A stretch of DNA of 64,000 nucleotides from Chiloscyllium plagiosum (lineage: Eukaryota). Every line of letters starts with the position of its first letter. Within the stretch, counting starts at the first letter, position 1. The position numbers were made by a program, and so were the translations under genes. Positions 50,163 to 63,470 of this stretch are shown here, one piece after another. The stretch covers positions 29,240,822 to 29,304,821 of the forward strand of contig NC_057719.1 in the NCBI RefSeq assembly GCF_004010195.1, given 5' to 3'. The notes beneath the pieces were generated by a model. It was not told the origin of the DNA. It was given only the letters and a program-made list of their open reading frames with translations, and did not search any database.

Positions 50163-50712
50163 TGTTACAGTAATATTTAGCTTTCCTAAGCATAAACAAA
50201 TGATTTGTCAGGGAGCACACTATGCTCTTATAAATGCGATGTTTTCAGAAATGAGAAGGTTTTGTTCATAGAAGGAATGGAAATTAACTTTCAGGTTGAA
50301 GTGGGCAAGGTACAGTGGTCATCCTCACTTCAGAAGTAGCTACCGATGATCATTGCTGAGAGGTTTAGATATGTAAATGACACAGCATTGAGGGCCAGAC
50401 CCAAAAATAAAGTATGTCAACAGGAATTGGTAGAGAGAAAAGATTACGAGTGACAGGGCCCACGGAAACGAACTACTATATTCTTGGGACAAGACCAAGA
50501 GTTTCCCTACATCAGCCTGAGGGAAGAACAAAAGCAAAGTCAAAATCATCCAGTTGCTGTTCCTCCATTCTACAGGACAGATTCAGGATCAGTGAAGAAA
50601 TCTCATCTGTCATGGTTATACACTTTCTTTGCCTAATTAAAAAATATATCATATCTAAACTGCTGCTTCTTAGTAAACTCAATAGGCTATCAGAAAAGAT
50701 TACAAGTTGTTG
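50163..50712 (+). mobile_element. Second, diverged copy of the LTR at 43432-44081
   Basis: Shared blocks ataaacaaatg, aaggttttgttc, gaagtgggcaagg, acaagacca.gagtt, catcagcct..gggaagaacaaa, tttctttgcctaa, aaactcaata..ctatcagaaaag. Confidence 0.7.
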
Positions 50713-50727
50713 AACTTTCTATATGAG

Positions 50728-50896
50728 TAGATTAGATTAGATTACTTACAGTGTGGAAACAAGCCCTTCAGCCCAACAAGTCCACACCGACCCTCCGTAA
50801 AGCAACCCACCCAGACCCATTCCCCTACATTTACCCCTTCACCTAACACTACGGGCAATTTAGCATGGCCGATTCACCTAACCTGCACATCTTTTG
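50728..50896 (-). mobile_element. HE1-type SINE 3' half
   Basis: (ttaga)n tail and cccaacaagtccacaccgaccctccg. Confidence 0.88.
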
Positions 50897-50919
50897 CACA
50901 TATCAGGAAACTCTAATCA

Positions 50920-51550
50920 CAAACCAAGAGGGGCATTTTCTGGACCTGTGACTAATGGAGTAACAAAAGGATATGCATTCGGGCAACAAATCTTTACAGT
51001 ATATAGTGATGACTTGGATGACAGAAGTGAATGTACCACCATTAAGTTTGTGGGTGACACAAAAATAATTAGAAATCTAAGTGATGAGAGTGTCACAGTG
51101 CAGATGCAGAGAAACAGATTAAATGTAGGGGTCAAAAACTTGACTGTTTGAATGTATCGTGGGTAAATATGAGATTATACACTTTGGAAAAAAATCAATA
51201 TTATTTAAATAGGAAGGAATATCGAAAGCTATAGCACAGAAATATATGAGAGTCCTAGTGCATGAGACACAAGGATCTAGCATCCCATTCAAGATGTATT
51301 AAGAAGGCAAATGGAGTGTTGTCCATTATTTTAAAGGAAATGGAATACAAAAATAGGGAGGTCTTGTTAAAGCTATAGAAGGCAATAGTAAGACCCCCAT
51401 CTAGAATAATGTGAACAATTTTGGCCATCTTATCTAAGGAAATCTACACTGGCATTGGAAGCAGTCCAGACATGGTTCACTAGATTGATTCCAGATACGG
51501 AGGGATATTTTTCTGTTTGGAGGTTTACTGGGTTGAGCCTGTACTCTCAG
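50920..51550 (+). mobile_element. Old CR1 RT/C-terminal fragment
   Basis: PVTNGVTKG...KFVGDTKI; EAVQTWFTRLIP. Confidence 0.75.
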
Positions 51551-51634
51551 CCTGTGCCCAAACAATCCCTTCCTTTGTTTCATTTCAGGAGAAAGCATCT
51601 GACAATAAGGAAAAGAAAGCCAAGAAAGGTAGAG

Positions 51635-51866
51635 AAGTCAAAAATAGAAATCGCTGAAAAGCTCAGCAGCTCTGACAGCATCTGTGGGGAGAAATCTGAG
51701 TTAACATTTGAGATCAAGTGACCCTCAGATCAGAAGGAAGGGTTAGTCGACCAAAACGTTAACTTTGATTTCTCTCCACAGATACTGTCAGAGCTGCTGA
51801 GCTGTTCCAGCAATTTTTATTTTTGTCTCTGAATTACAGCATTTGCAGTTCTTTCAGTTTTTATAC
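51635..51866. mobile_element. Hairpin Penelope-related element (older variant)
   Basis: Inverted arms ctcagcagctctgacagcatctgtgg / ccacagatactgtcagagctgctgag; AGGTAGA on both flanks. Confidence 0.7.
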
Positions 51867-52239
51867 AGGTAGACGGGTACCTGACATTTGTCTCCTCAAG
51901 GACAGAGTCCATGCCTTTGTGGTAGAGGATCTGGATAATTAATGTGGTGATGTCATGCCTCGCATATCCTGGTAACCAACTAGGACTCATTGTTAAGTGC
52001 TATGCTGTCTTTCTGTTCATATGCTGTCATGTCTACCCCTATTTTACAATCATTTTCTCTCTTATCTCCTGAGCATCTACTCAGTCTCTACCATGAAGAA
52101 ACATGTGCTACTTCACCTCTGAAGTTCAAGCTACAGATCTTTTAGAGGAAGCTATCTGTTGAATCCACGACCACCTCAGATACTAGTATCTAAGTGGGAA
52201 TGTTACCTTGATTAGAGTTGATAGTGCACTTTAGTAAAG

Positions 52240-52326
52240 AACTTATGCTCAAAACGTCAACTCTCCTGCTCCTCGGATGCTGCCTGACCAGCTGTGCTTT
52301 TCCAGGACCACACGTTTTGACTCTGA
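52240..52326 (+). mobile_element. Family B short element fragment
   Basis: aaacgtcaactctcctgctcctcggatgctgcctgacc matches 32460-32530. Confidence 0.75.
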
Positions 52327-55300
52327 GCACATCATTATCATGTCTTCACAGCTAACCACTGGAGAATGTCCCATGTCACTGGGACACAGTGGACTGCCAG
52401 AGACCAGGAACCCAGGCATATGCCATCATGTTGGCAAACTGATTTGAAAGGTGAGGAGTCCACTAATGCTCTCTTTCCTGTAATAAAAATAGAAAGAGCT
52501 GGAGAAATTGAATGGATGTCACAACATTTGTGGAGAAAGAAACTGATTTAATGTTTTGGCTCCCATGAGTCCTCTTTGGAGCTTTACATTTCTGCAAAAA
52601 AAAAACCCAGATATGACCATCTCGAGGAGACATCATATGGCTCTTGTTGGCCCTTATGAAAGAACTTGCTTCATCACAAATATGCTAATATTGGGCACAG
52701 TGTTCCGATCACCATCTTGAAACCTAGTGCCACTGACACATTTTCTTCTTCATGTCGCTCCCTGGAAGTGGTGTGATTCTCTGCCATTTTTGCCTCATCA
52801 TGAAGGTACCTTTGGTTCGAAACTCTGATATGAGCCTGCTCTACATCTTCTGAAGGTTGTTGTTGGTACTGGGCATCTAGATGTGTGTATTTTTCATCCA
52901 TTCATGTGAATGCTCTTAGTGACCTTAACCTCTGTGTCTGGATCCATTGAAGATGGTTCCAATGAGCCTATGTGAGCAATAACAAAAACAAAGCAGCTCT
53001 TCAATAAAGTGATCACTGAGCAGTCACAGCTCACATAATTAAGATTTGAACAGCATCATCAAAACATTAGGCTATGGATGCTTTCATAGGGAGAGCAATG
53101 GGATGATTCTACCTGCACATCACTGACTTGAATCAGATATAATCTGGGGAAGCAATGTAGCATGCATGTAACCAAAGGCAATGTTCTTGTGTAACCTCCC
53201 GTTACACAAGAAAGGCAATGTTGCATTTTATAGTTCAAGAGTGAAGTAAGCAGCACCAGCATCTTGTGTGAGCTACAGAACCTTGGAAGGAGATTGTAAC
53301 TTTCGCAGCTAAGGGGAATCTTTACAGCTCACTTGACATTACTTGCCTTTCACAACCATTAGTAGTAAATCTGTGAATGTTGAATGGTGTGTTCAGGATT
53401 GCTTGTGGCCAAGGATGTTTAATTGACACATAAGTTAATGCATGAGGTGCACATACATGATTTAAGCAGTAACAAAAATCTTTACCTGTAGTGTGTGAGT
53501 GCCTGTTTAATACTATTGTCTGCTGAAGGACCCCACATTGCACAAAAGTGAAATCTACTTCTTTAGGGGAACAAAACACTGTCTTCATCTATACTTGGTG
53601 TGGTGGCTGTCATTTTCTATTTCAATTGCACACTTGTGATTTGGATGAGGATGGAAGGCAACATTTTTATGTGAGTCACAGGCTCAGCCTCTCAATGTAG
53701 GTTACCTCCCCCTTGAACCTGAATCTCTCTTTCTGATTTATTGACCCCAATCCTCCCCATGTTCCCACCCAACATTTTTATTTCACTGCTCATCGTTTCC
53801 ATTTTACCTCCTGAGTCCTGACATTTAGATTAGTTATGCCAAACATGCACTAACCCCTGCCCCAACCTCCAACAAAACTAGTGCAGTGTGACTGCTAATG
53901 ATAACTACTCCACAGTACTTCTCACTGTCTCATGCTCTATCATCTCCCATGCTTGAATCTCCTCCCTTCACAATTACTATACTTTCTTCAATCCAGCCTA
54001 AATCCCCACATTTGACTTCTATGGTATCTCCAGCACAACACTGGCCCTAGATAACTCTCCTTGACTTTCTGACTGATCTCCCTGACGAATTTGAAAGTAA
54101 TGATTGATGCCTGGCCATACCTTTGACTGATCCCTGTGCATCTTCCTGACTGCCACCACTAAGCCCCCTATTGGTGGCACTGGACCTACAGGATCAGCCA
54201 TGGTCCACTCCCTGGGTAGGAGTGTTACAGAGCCCTTGATTCTGATTGGCCCAAGTGTCCAAATGACTATTTGCAAGCACTTTAACTGAGATTGAACATA
54301 CTGTGCTGGTACTTCTGACTGAAGATAATGTCCCTTGGCTCAACTGAGGACCACTCCCCTTCGATTTTGAGATGACTATTTGGTTGAAGCACATTGTGTG
54401 TTTGAAACGTAAGTTTGCAGTGACATTAATGTAACAAAGTGCCATTCGGTGATATGTCCACTCTATTTACCGATCACTGCTGACAACTATGATAAGCTTT
54501 GTCTCTTTGTGAATGCGCAACAGAAGTACTGTGACGTTATAAATTCTGAATGAGATCATAGTGCAAAAAGGCAAGACAGAGTTGCTGACAGAATCCAAGT
54601 AGGTGCAAGGTGTGTGAGCAATAAGAGCAAACTTTGAGCCCTGAGTTGCATACTGGTCCAACCAGGAGATGAGTGCCTGTATCTGTGCAAAGTGTCCTGG
54701 GAGAAGGATTAAAATATAAGGTCATCATGCTTCAAACTCCAATGCAAAAGCAGTTAACTGCATTTTAACTGAATCAGATATGTACCATGATGACACCTAT
54801 GGACAAGAATGTAGGCAATTGCTGCTCGTGGAGTATATCCTGAGATGCGGGGAATGTTGACCAAGATGGGGACCCAGAAGAGCAACTGGCAAGCTGGAGC
54901 AGCCAGGGACCTGCTCTGACCACCATGTTGGGAATTTTTGCCATTTAGTTTTGCTTTGTTACATGGGAAAATAGTGATGACATATACGGAAAAAAGGTAA
55001 TAATAAATGCAGGAAATTAGGTCGCTTGCCTCTCATTAACAACATTGCTGACTCACCATTAAAACCACAGGTGAAAAACTGGACTTTTCTTTCTCAATTT
55101 CACTTCACTACAACTTCCCAAATGACATGGCATGGTCAGTGTTGTTCAGGGTCTGAGAGAATTGAGTTCATAATCTCTAAAGTAAAAAACACTAAAAATT
55201 CCAGGATTAAACTTATTTCCAAGATCTAAAATTATAAAGATGTTTATTTCATACATCTATGATCACATAGTATTGCTTGAAATAATGGCTAACTCTCTGA

Positions 55301-56623
55301 ACACTTAAACTGAACAGCAAATATTAACATCGTACCATTGCTGACGACTGACAATGCATTTCTCCTCGAACACATGCATGGTCTGACAGCCAAACAACAA
55401 AGTACAATTGTAACACTGGCACTGTGAAGTGATTTGAAACTCATTGCTTCAGTCTCCCGGTTAAGCTGCATTTGAAGAGGTGATGTAAAATACAGTAATT
55501 ATAGGAATTATTCTCAAAGATAAAATTAAGTATGCTAATTAATTTACGCTAGTATTTTGAAATCTGTTTCCACGTTTCTAGTCATCATAGTAAACTCAAC
55601 TTATTCTTAATTCTCCTTAATTTTCTAGAAATCTCTTTATGTAAATAATTTACTGACCTTGAATTTGTATTCCTATTGCCATTAGCATTTGAGAGCAGAT
55701 TTAGCTCCAGCAGTGATTTATATTTGGGGAAGGAGACGTACTGCCAGTTTACATTTTCCATACCATGTTAACAGCCAGCAGTAATGGTTAGTGGTAGAGT
55801 TGTTAAGAACCAATTAAATCAATAACTAAGAGACAGAATGATGGGGCCAACCCCCGGCCCCCACAAGTAATTTTTTATCAGATTGGGTTCAAGTTAAAGA
55901 TAAAAACACTATGGTGTAAAAATTGGTTGAGTATTGTGCCCATTTATCAGACATAAAATAGATACAAAGCAGACCAAATTAGCACTGGTATGGTCTGTTC
56001 CCATTCTACACAAGCATTGGCCCAGCTGCTAAAATTATGGGGCATTTTTCTAGTCATTAATGATGGACTAACCCTTCCTCCCCTCCAACTAAAGCAATTC
56101 TTTACAAAATTCTGCAGAAATCTGAAGTAGTAATTCACATGTCATAGTAATGTACATCAGGGGACTGTCCAAATAATAATTGTTAAATTTTTTTAAATTG
56201 CAAAGGAAAAAATATAAATATTTCCATTATTGACTTGGATTTTTGCTGCATTGGGACTACTCAAGAATCATTTAAAAATGCTGGGTTTGACTCAGATGTG
56301 AAAATTCTGTACTCATTTGTGGCTGATACCCCATTTACAGTTTGAAAAAGGAGTGGGCAGGAGTAGCATAGGCAGGAAACCTGAATACACTCAGTCATGT
56401 GAAATTAATTTTGAGTTCAAACAAATCACAAAGGCCGTCACCTGCAGAATAGAAGCCATAATTTTATGGAGGTGACCTAAATGCTCATGAGAGCTGATTT
56501 ATGGTCAGTTTAAGTATTATTATCTGAAATTATTTAAATTCCCGCCCTTAAAGAAAGTGGGGTGTAACACGCTGCTGTTAAAATAAAGACACCTGCTGCT
56601 AGACTGCTTTGATTGACAGTAGG

Positions 56624-56921
56624 CAAAAGGGAGGACTGCAGATGCTGAAAACCAGAGTTTAGATTAGAGTAGATTGACAGTAGGTCAGCCTACAATCTAA
56701 AGAGTCAAGAGTGTGGTGCTGTAAAAGCACAGCAGGTCAGGCAGCATCTGAGGAGCAGGAGAATCGACATTTCAGGCAAAAGCCTGATGAAGGGCTTTTG
56801 CCTGAAACATCGATTCTCCTGCTCCTCGGATGCTGCCTGACCTGCTGTGCTTTTCCAGCACCACACTCTTGACTCTAATCTCCAGCATCTGCAGTCCTAC
56901 AATTCTGCAGTCCTACTTTCA
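56624..56921. mobile_element. Two adjacent family B insertions, each with its own TSD
   Basis: GATTGACAGTAGG at 56611-56623 and 56672-56684; CCTACAAT(C/T)TAAAGAGTC at 56689-56706 and 56922-56939; hairpin with CTGATGA-A-GGGC-TTTT-GCCT-GAAA-CA-TC at 56784-56811. Confidence 0.85.
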
Positions 56922-59860
56922 CCTACAATTTAAAGAGTCTATCCCTGCAGTTTAAAGAGTCCTCATAACTGATATTTCTCAAGTGTGGGTTGTTATAGCT
57001 ATACACATTGGTTGAATCTCAATATATGAAAACTATTTAGCAGGGAATTATCTTCACATTTTTATCAACAGTTTTAAGAATTTTTTGAAGGATTAGCTGA
57101 ACTTGATATGATTAATGAAAAGAAATTTGTATTTATAACAAGTTGACTACTTCATTGAATTTACATATTTTACAATGGGTTTGTTGCATGAAAATTTTAT
57201 TCCAAATGCAATTGTGTGAGTGCAAACTCTCAGATTATTAGAATTCTAATTATTTTATTTCCACATGGCTCTCAAGTCTGCCATGGTGGATTTTGATGAG
57301 TGAATAAGGAGAGAATATGGGGGAACATGAAGGTACTGTGGAGATATGAAGGGACATGGAGGTTATATGTGTAAATGAAGGCATGGCAGCCCACAGATGT
57401 TATGGGGTGTACGAGGATGCATAGAAGTGACATGAGGTGATGGTTTGTGGTATGAAGGACTATGGTTGAATGACAAAACAGCCTTTAATACAACAGGATT
57501 AAAGTCTCTGATAACTGAGGTACCCTCTAACTAGCCCATCTCAGCAATTACCCATCCCTGAGGCCACTACCTTTAGAGGTAACTGGACTGATTCTATCCT
57601 GTCCCTAACTCCTCATAATGAATCTCTGGTGGGTAACACTCCTTTTAAAGAAGATAGGTTGGCTAATTTCAAGAAGCTTTGTAATTTGACATTTCCACTT
57701 TTTCTATGAAATATAGCTCTGTGTTTACAAAGTTTCCAGTCCAGTTAGAATATAGCTATGGGATAATGAATTACTGCACAGAATGACTACAGCTATGTTT
57801 AGAGTTGAGTGGCACATAATTGTACTGGACTTTAGATTGTATCAGCATTTGTTGTCACTCAGCCTTCGATTACCTCAGAATTGTATTGAAAAGCTATGTT
57901 CAGAGGAAAATGATAAGTGGTCCATCAATTTGATGAAAGCATTGAGCATGTTCGTAGCTGGCTTGTTTACTTACAAATATATAATTTTTGGTGTTGTGAT
58001 CTGCAAGATTGTGGTTCCAGTTCAGGAAGGTAGAATTAGGCTAGATAGATTTTTGGGATACTATCATAAACATGATTCTTCGGTTTTGTAAATTTTCTAT
58101 GATACTATTCAGCAAATATGCATAACATGAATGTCCAATATTCTGACCTAATTAAGAATCCTCTCCCATGAAAACTCTGAGTATATTCATGTGGGCACCT
58201 CTTACAGCTCTGCCTGATGCACACATTCTTTTGTACTCAATGCACTAACAAATATTTATTCTTTCATGGTGCCTTGGAAAATTTCCAGTGCTCAGGTCTT
58301 TTCTTCCTCTGATTAGATTGAACATAGTTCTCTTCTAGCAGTGATGATTGTTGACATGATAATGGAGTATGATCTTCCTGATTCTCCTCCAACACCCTAT
58401 TTAATTGACTTAACGAATATCTGCTCTGTTCTGTTATAAATGCACCTCAGGTTAGGTATTGCAATACATCTAAAACTAATACATTTAATGGAAATATATA
58501 ACCTAGGCTTATAGCACAGGACACCATTGAGGTTGAAAACAGGAAAGAAAGTTAAATACATAAAGAAATAATACTTAAGTCATGCTGAACCTCTATTGTT
58601 GTAAACCAAGTATTTCCCCAGTTTTAAGATGATGAATTAGGAGGTAATGGAATGAATCTTGGTACATATCAGAGTATACCATAGTTAATAGGGTCACTGT
58701 TAGACGCTCAGTTACTATTATGAGTTATAAGCAGTAACATTAAATTATATCCAGAGGCCTTTAATATTAAACAAGTACATTACTCAATTTTTCCAATATC
58801 ATTTTTAATTTTGCAGTTATGAATTATTTTTGTACAATCTCTTGCTTTCAGTTTTTTTGCAAGTACAATGCACTCTAAAGTAATTTCGCAAATGTCTTTG
58901 TTGCCTATCTTCATTATTATTTCCATGATGTAATGCAATAATTCATTTTTTTATTTTTTGTGGTGAAATTTGAATAAACTACAAATGTACATATTTAATC
59001 ATAATGGGAAAAGTATTTGATAACAGCAGATCTTGGCTACACCTATATTTTTAATTATTGTTGGAAATATTATGGCCATTCATTTATTTTTGGTACACAC
59101 AAGTTATCAAACATATGTCTGACTACATGCTGAGAAATGTAAAAATTCCTTTAAAAAGGAAAGAAATTAGAGTGGTACATTGTCCTACTTCCTGTCAGAG
59201 TTAATTATTTTTAAAGTAAAATATTGGCATAAGATTAGATTATGAGTTGACTTTATGTTCTCTGTCTTCGGTAACTCATGCTTAAGGCCACAATGATGTT
59301 TTTGACAATTCACTGCTGCTGGCTCAGTGATTTCATCCAGTATTTCAAAAACAGCTACAGGACAACTTCCTGGGAACAGATATAAAGTGACAGTTCATAG
59401 ACACTATTTTCCAAATACTGTACATGCACTCTAGTAAAATTTATGTTTGGGTTAAAAGTTTAATAGACTATACTGACATAAACCATAATTTTATTAGATT
59501 AACTTTTCTAATAATGTGTATAAGTATGATGGGTGAAATCCCTTTTTGAGAGTCAGATTACTAGCAATGCAGAATTATGTACCAAAAAACCAATCAGACA
59601 AAATTACATATTTCAATTTCACATCTCATACTTCACATTTAAAGCTAAGTTAAATTGAAAAGAGTATTAACAATGGTTTATATCCTGTAAATTCCTTTCA
59701 ATTCTATTGTAACCTATGGACAAGACATCCAAATGATCTGAATATGATGAACTGTAATTTAATTATGCTATTGCATTTTACTGTTATTTATTTGACTAAT
59801 TTTTAATCTTTTTCATGATTAGCAAATATATGAAGTAATACTGCTAAGGCAAGTATTCTT

Positions 59861-60812
59861 TAGTGATAGTCATAGAGATGTACAGCACGGAAACAGACCT
59901 TTCGGTCCAACGCATCCAAACTGACCAGATATCCTAAACAAATATTTGCCAGCACTTGCACCATATCCCCCTAAACCCTTCTTATTCATATACCCATCCA
60001 GATGCTCTTTAAATGTTGTAATTGTACCAGCCTTCACCACCTCCTCTGGCAACTCACTCAATACATGGAAAACTGTGCGAGAAAAATTTGTCCCTTAGGT
60101 CCCTTTTAAATTTTTCCCTTCTCATCCTAAATCAATATCCACTAGTTCAATACTTTCTCACCCCAGGGAAAAGACCTTGTCTATTTACCTTGTCCATGAC
60201 CCCATGATTTTATAAACCTTCATAAGGTCACCCCTCAGCCTCTGATGCTCCATGGAAAACAGCCCCTGCCTATTCAGCCTCTACCTAAAGGTAATATCCT
60301 CCAACTCGGACAACAGCCTTGTAAATCTTTTCTGAATTCTCCCACATTTCACAACATCCTTCTGATTGAAGGAATACAAGAATTGCACACAATATTCCAA
60401 AAGTGGCCTAAGCAATGCCCTGTACAACCGCAACATGACCTCCCAACTCCTATGCTCGATGCTCTGATCAGTAAAGGAAAGCATACCAAATGCCTTCTTC
60501 ACTATCCTATCTACCTGCAACTCCACTTTTAAGGAAGTATGAACCTGTACTCCAAGGCCTCTTTGTCCAGCAACATTCCCCAGGACTTTACCATTAAGTA
60601 TAAGTTGTGTCCTGATTTGCCTTTCCAAAATGCAGCACCCCACAACTCCATCTGCCTCGGCCCATTGGCCCATCTGATCAAGATTCCATTGTACCCTGAG
60701 GTACACCTGTAGTAGACCTCCAATGTTGGTGTCATCTGCAAATGTACTAACTGTACCACCTATGTGCACATCCAAATCATTTATATGAATGACTAAAACC
60801 AGTGGACCCAGC
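59861..60812 (-). mobile_element. 5'-truncated CR1
   Basis: LGPLVLVIHINDLD...FADD...QVDRIVKKAFG...LEYCVQF; tail agtcatagagatg. Confidence 0.92.
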
Positions 60813-61109
60813 AACATGAGCATAAACAAAATAGAGAATTTCTTTAAAGAAAAACACATATCATTCAGGCCTAATTTTGTTTGCCAGTTTTCCTAGAAAA
60901 TGTACCAAATATGTATTATTGGTACTTGGAATTGCTGGTGGTCACAAGAAGAAGATAAACCCCTAAATTTATTTTTTATAAAGGAATTCGTTATTTTGTT
61001 ACATTTTGGCACACAAATAAATCTCTCCCATAAGGAACAATATAATAACTATAATAACCAAAGCAATTTTTAATGCTACATAATTTCTAAGCATTATGCA
61101 TTTTTATAT

Positions 61110-62180
61110 TATGGAATATGGACATTGCATTTATTACCCATCCCAAAATGCCTTGTGAAGGTGGTGGTAAGCTACCTTCTTAAACTGCTTCAGTCCGTTT
61201 GGTATAGATACGCACAAAATGTTGTAAATAAGTGATTTTCAGGATCTTGACCCACAAGATCATTGGAGGAACAGTGATGTTTTTCCAGATCTGAATGGTA
61301 TGTAAATTGGAGAAAGATTCAGAGGAGCTGGTGTCCCTGCGTACCTATTGCCCTTGTCCTTCCAGATGTTAGGGGTTATGGGTTTGAAAAGTGCTATCTA
61401 CACCTTGGAGAATATCTGCAGTGCATCTTGGAGATGGCGCTGACTGTTGCTACTGTGCATTGGTAATGGGGGGAATGGATATTCCCAACCCTCCAACCAT
61501 GAACTCCATATATATGGTTCACAGCCATGAAAGGCTGCGAACATCATCAAAGACTCATCGTACCCTGGTAATGATCTCCTACAACCTCTTCCATCAGGCA
61601 GAAGGTACAGAAGCCTAAACACACGGACCAACAGGTTCAAGAACAGCTTCTTCCCAGCCATTATTAAACTGATGAGTGGAATCTATAGCCTCAATAAGAA
61701 ATGTCACCTGTATGTCTCTAAGTATTTTTGATCTATACATCTTTGCTTACTATGATCTGCCTATACTGCTCATACACAAAGCTTTTCACTGTACTTCAGT
61801 ACACATGACAATAAATAAATGATTCATTCAATGTGTGGATGTGGTGCCAAACAAGCAGGCTGCTTTGTTCTGGATGGTGTCACATTTCTTAAGCTTTGCT
61901 ACTGGATCTACACTCAAACAGACGAATTTTCCATCACACTCCTGGCTTACGTCTTGTAGATGGTGGTGAGGCTTGGATAGTCAGGAGGTGAAATATTTGT
62001 TGCAGAATTCCTAGTCTCTGACCTGTTCTTGTAGCCACAATATTTATATGGCTACGTAGTTCAGTTTCTGATCATGGATGTCAATAGTGGGGATTCAGTG
62101 ACAGTAATGTCAAGGGTGATAGTTCTCTCCTGTTGGAGATGGTCAATAACTGGCACTTGTATAGTGTGAATGTTACTTAT
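61110..62180 (-). mobile_element. Old CR1-clade LINE 3' part (same family as 1290-8900)
   Basis: gcatttattacccatccc...gccttgtgaaggtggtgg; collinear with 1290-2018 plus 6501-6910. Confidence 0.7.
61478..61830 (+). mobile_element. Rex1/Babar-like LINE 3' end nested in the old LINE
   Basis: AANIIKDSSYPGNDLLQPLPSGRRYRSLNTRTNRFKNSFFPAIIKLM; tail acatgacaataaataaatgattcattc. Confidence 0.82.
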
Positions 62181-62199
62181 ACAAGAGGACCTTCAACAG

Positions 62200-62630
62200 C
62201 ATTAGGAGTTTAGTTATGGGGATCAGGTCTTCAGTTAAATGGATGAATTGAAGCAATTGGAATTACTCTGTTTAAAGAAGAGATCCAAGAGAGGAGATTT
62301 GATGGAGATGTTCAAAGTCATGAGGGATCAGGACAAAGTAGATAGGGAGAAATGATTTGCAATTGGAAGGATCAAGAACCAGAGGACACTGATTTAAAAT
62401 AATTGACAAATAAACCTGAGGCAGCATGAGGAAAAGCTTTTTTAATGCAGCATTAAGTTAGGACTAGAAAAATACTACCAAAGGTTGTGGTGCAAGCAAA
62501 GGAAATTGGATAATTATCAGAAAAGAAAATAAGCTGCAAGGCTATGGAAAAAAAAGAGTGGGACAAGCACAGACATAATAGCCAATTGGCCTCTTGTGTT
62601 GTAACTATTCACTGTTTCTTGTGATTCTAT
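62200..62630 (+). mobile_element. Degraded CR1 3' end
   Basis: agaggagatttgatggagatgttcaaagtcatgagg...agaaccagaggacac..atttaaaataattg; tail tgtgattctat. Confidence 0.7.
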
Positions 62631-63470
62631 AGCCTGCATTTATTAAACTTCATCAATTTCCATCTCCCCATCACCAGCAATACCTCCTGCATTCTTGCTG
62701 TTACCTTCAAAGCTATTGCTTCATGCAGTCCTAAAGTTTAATGTTCCTCCTTCAATTGTAGTTTTTTTGGTGCTTGTTATATGCAATTTTTTAGGCTGTA
62801 ATGTGAAAGCGGAGTTAAACAAAAGTGATTGGCAATTCATATCACATATTCTCATTGGTTTCAGATTGACAAGAAAAGAAACAGACCGTCCAGCCTAACG
62901 AATCAGTGTCAGTGTTTATGCTCCATTTGAACCACCTCTCATCTTAACTTCATCCCTCTGTTCATTGTTCTCTCATTAGCTTATCCAACCTCCACTTTAA
63001 CATTTCTATACTACTTGTCTCAAAACACTCCCCATAGCAGTAAATACTCCATTCTTACAACTTTCTGAATAAAGAGGTGTCTTCTGAGTTCCCTATTTGT
63101 TATCATGGTGACCATAATTTAGCAGAGAGGAAGAAAATCCTGTACTCCTGCCCATAATCTCATCAAAGATGATTCTCATGCCCTGTTCCATGTACCTAAA
63201 GACCTAACGATATGCAGGTTGAAAATCACACTGGTCAGTGCTCAAATCCATGAAATTTCATGCCAAAAACTCATGACCCTGTGTAGAAGTCTTGGTTAAA
63301 TAGAGGGACAGCCAATGGCAATAAGAACAAGCCTTCTAGTTTATTCTGTAAAAAGCTTTCACATTTTAGAAATCCACATTAGCCAACTTTCAGCTTTTTA
63401 TCTCCAGGAGAAGAGGGACCTTCTTGATGCAAATAATCTTGCAAATGTTGGTATCGTGACAGTAAATTAG

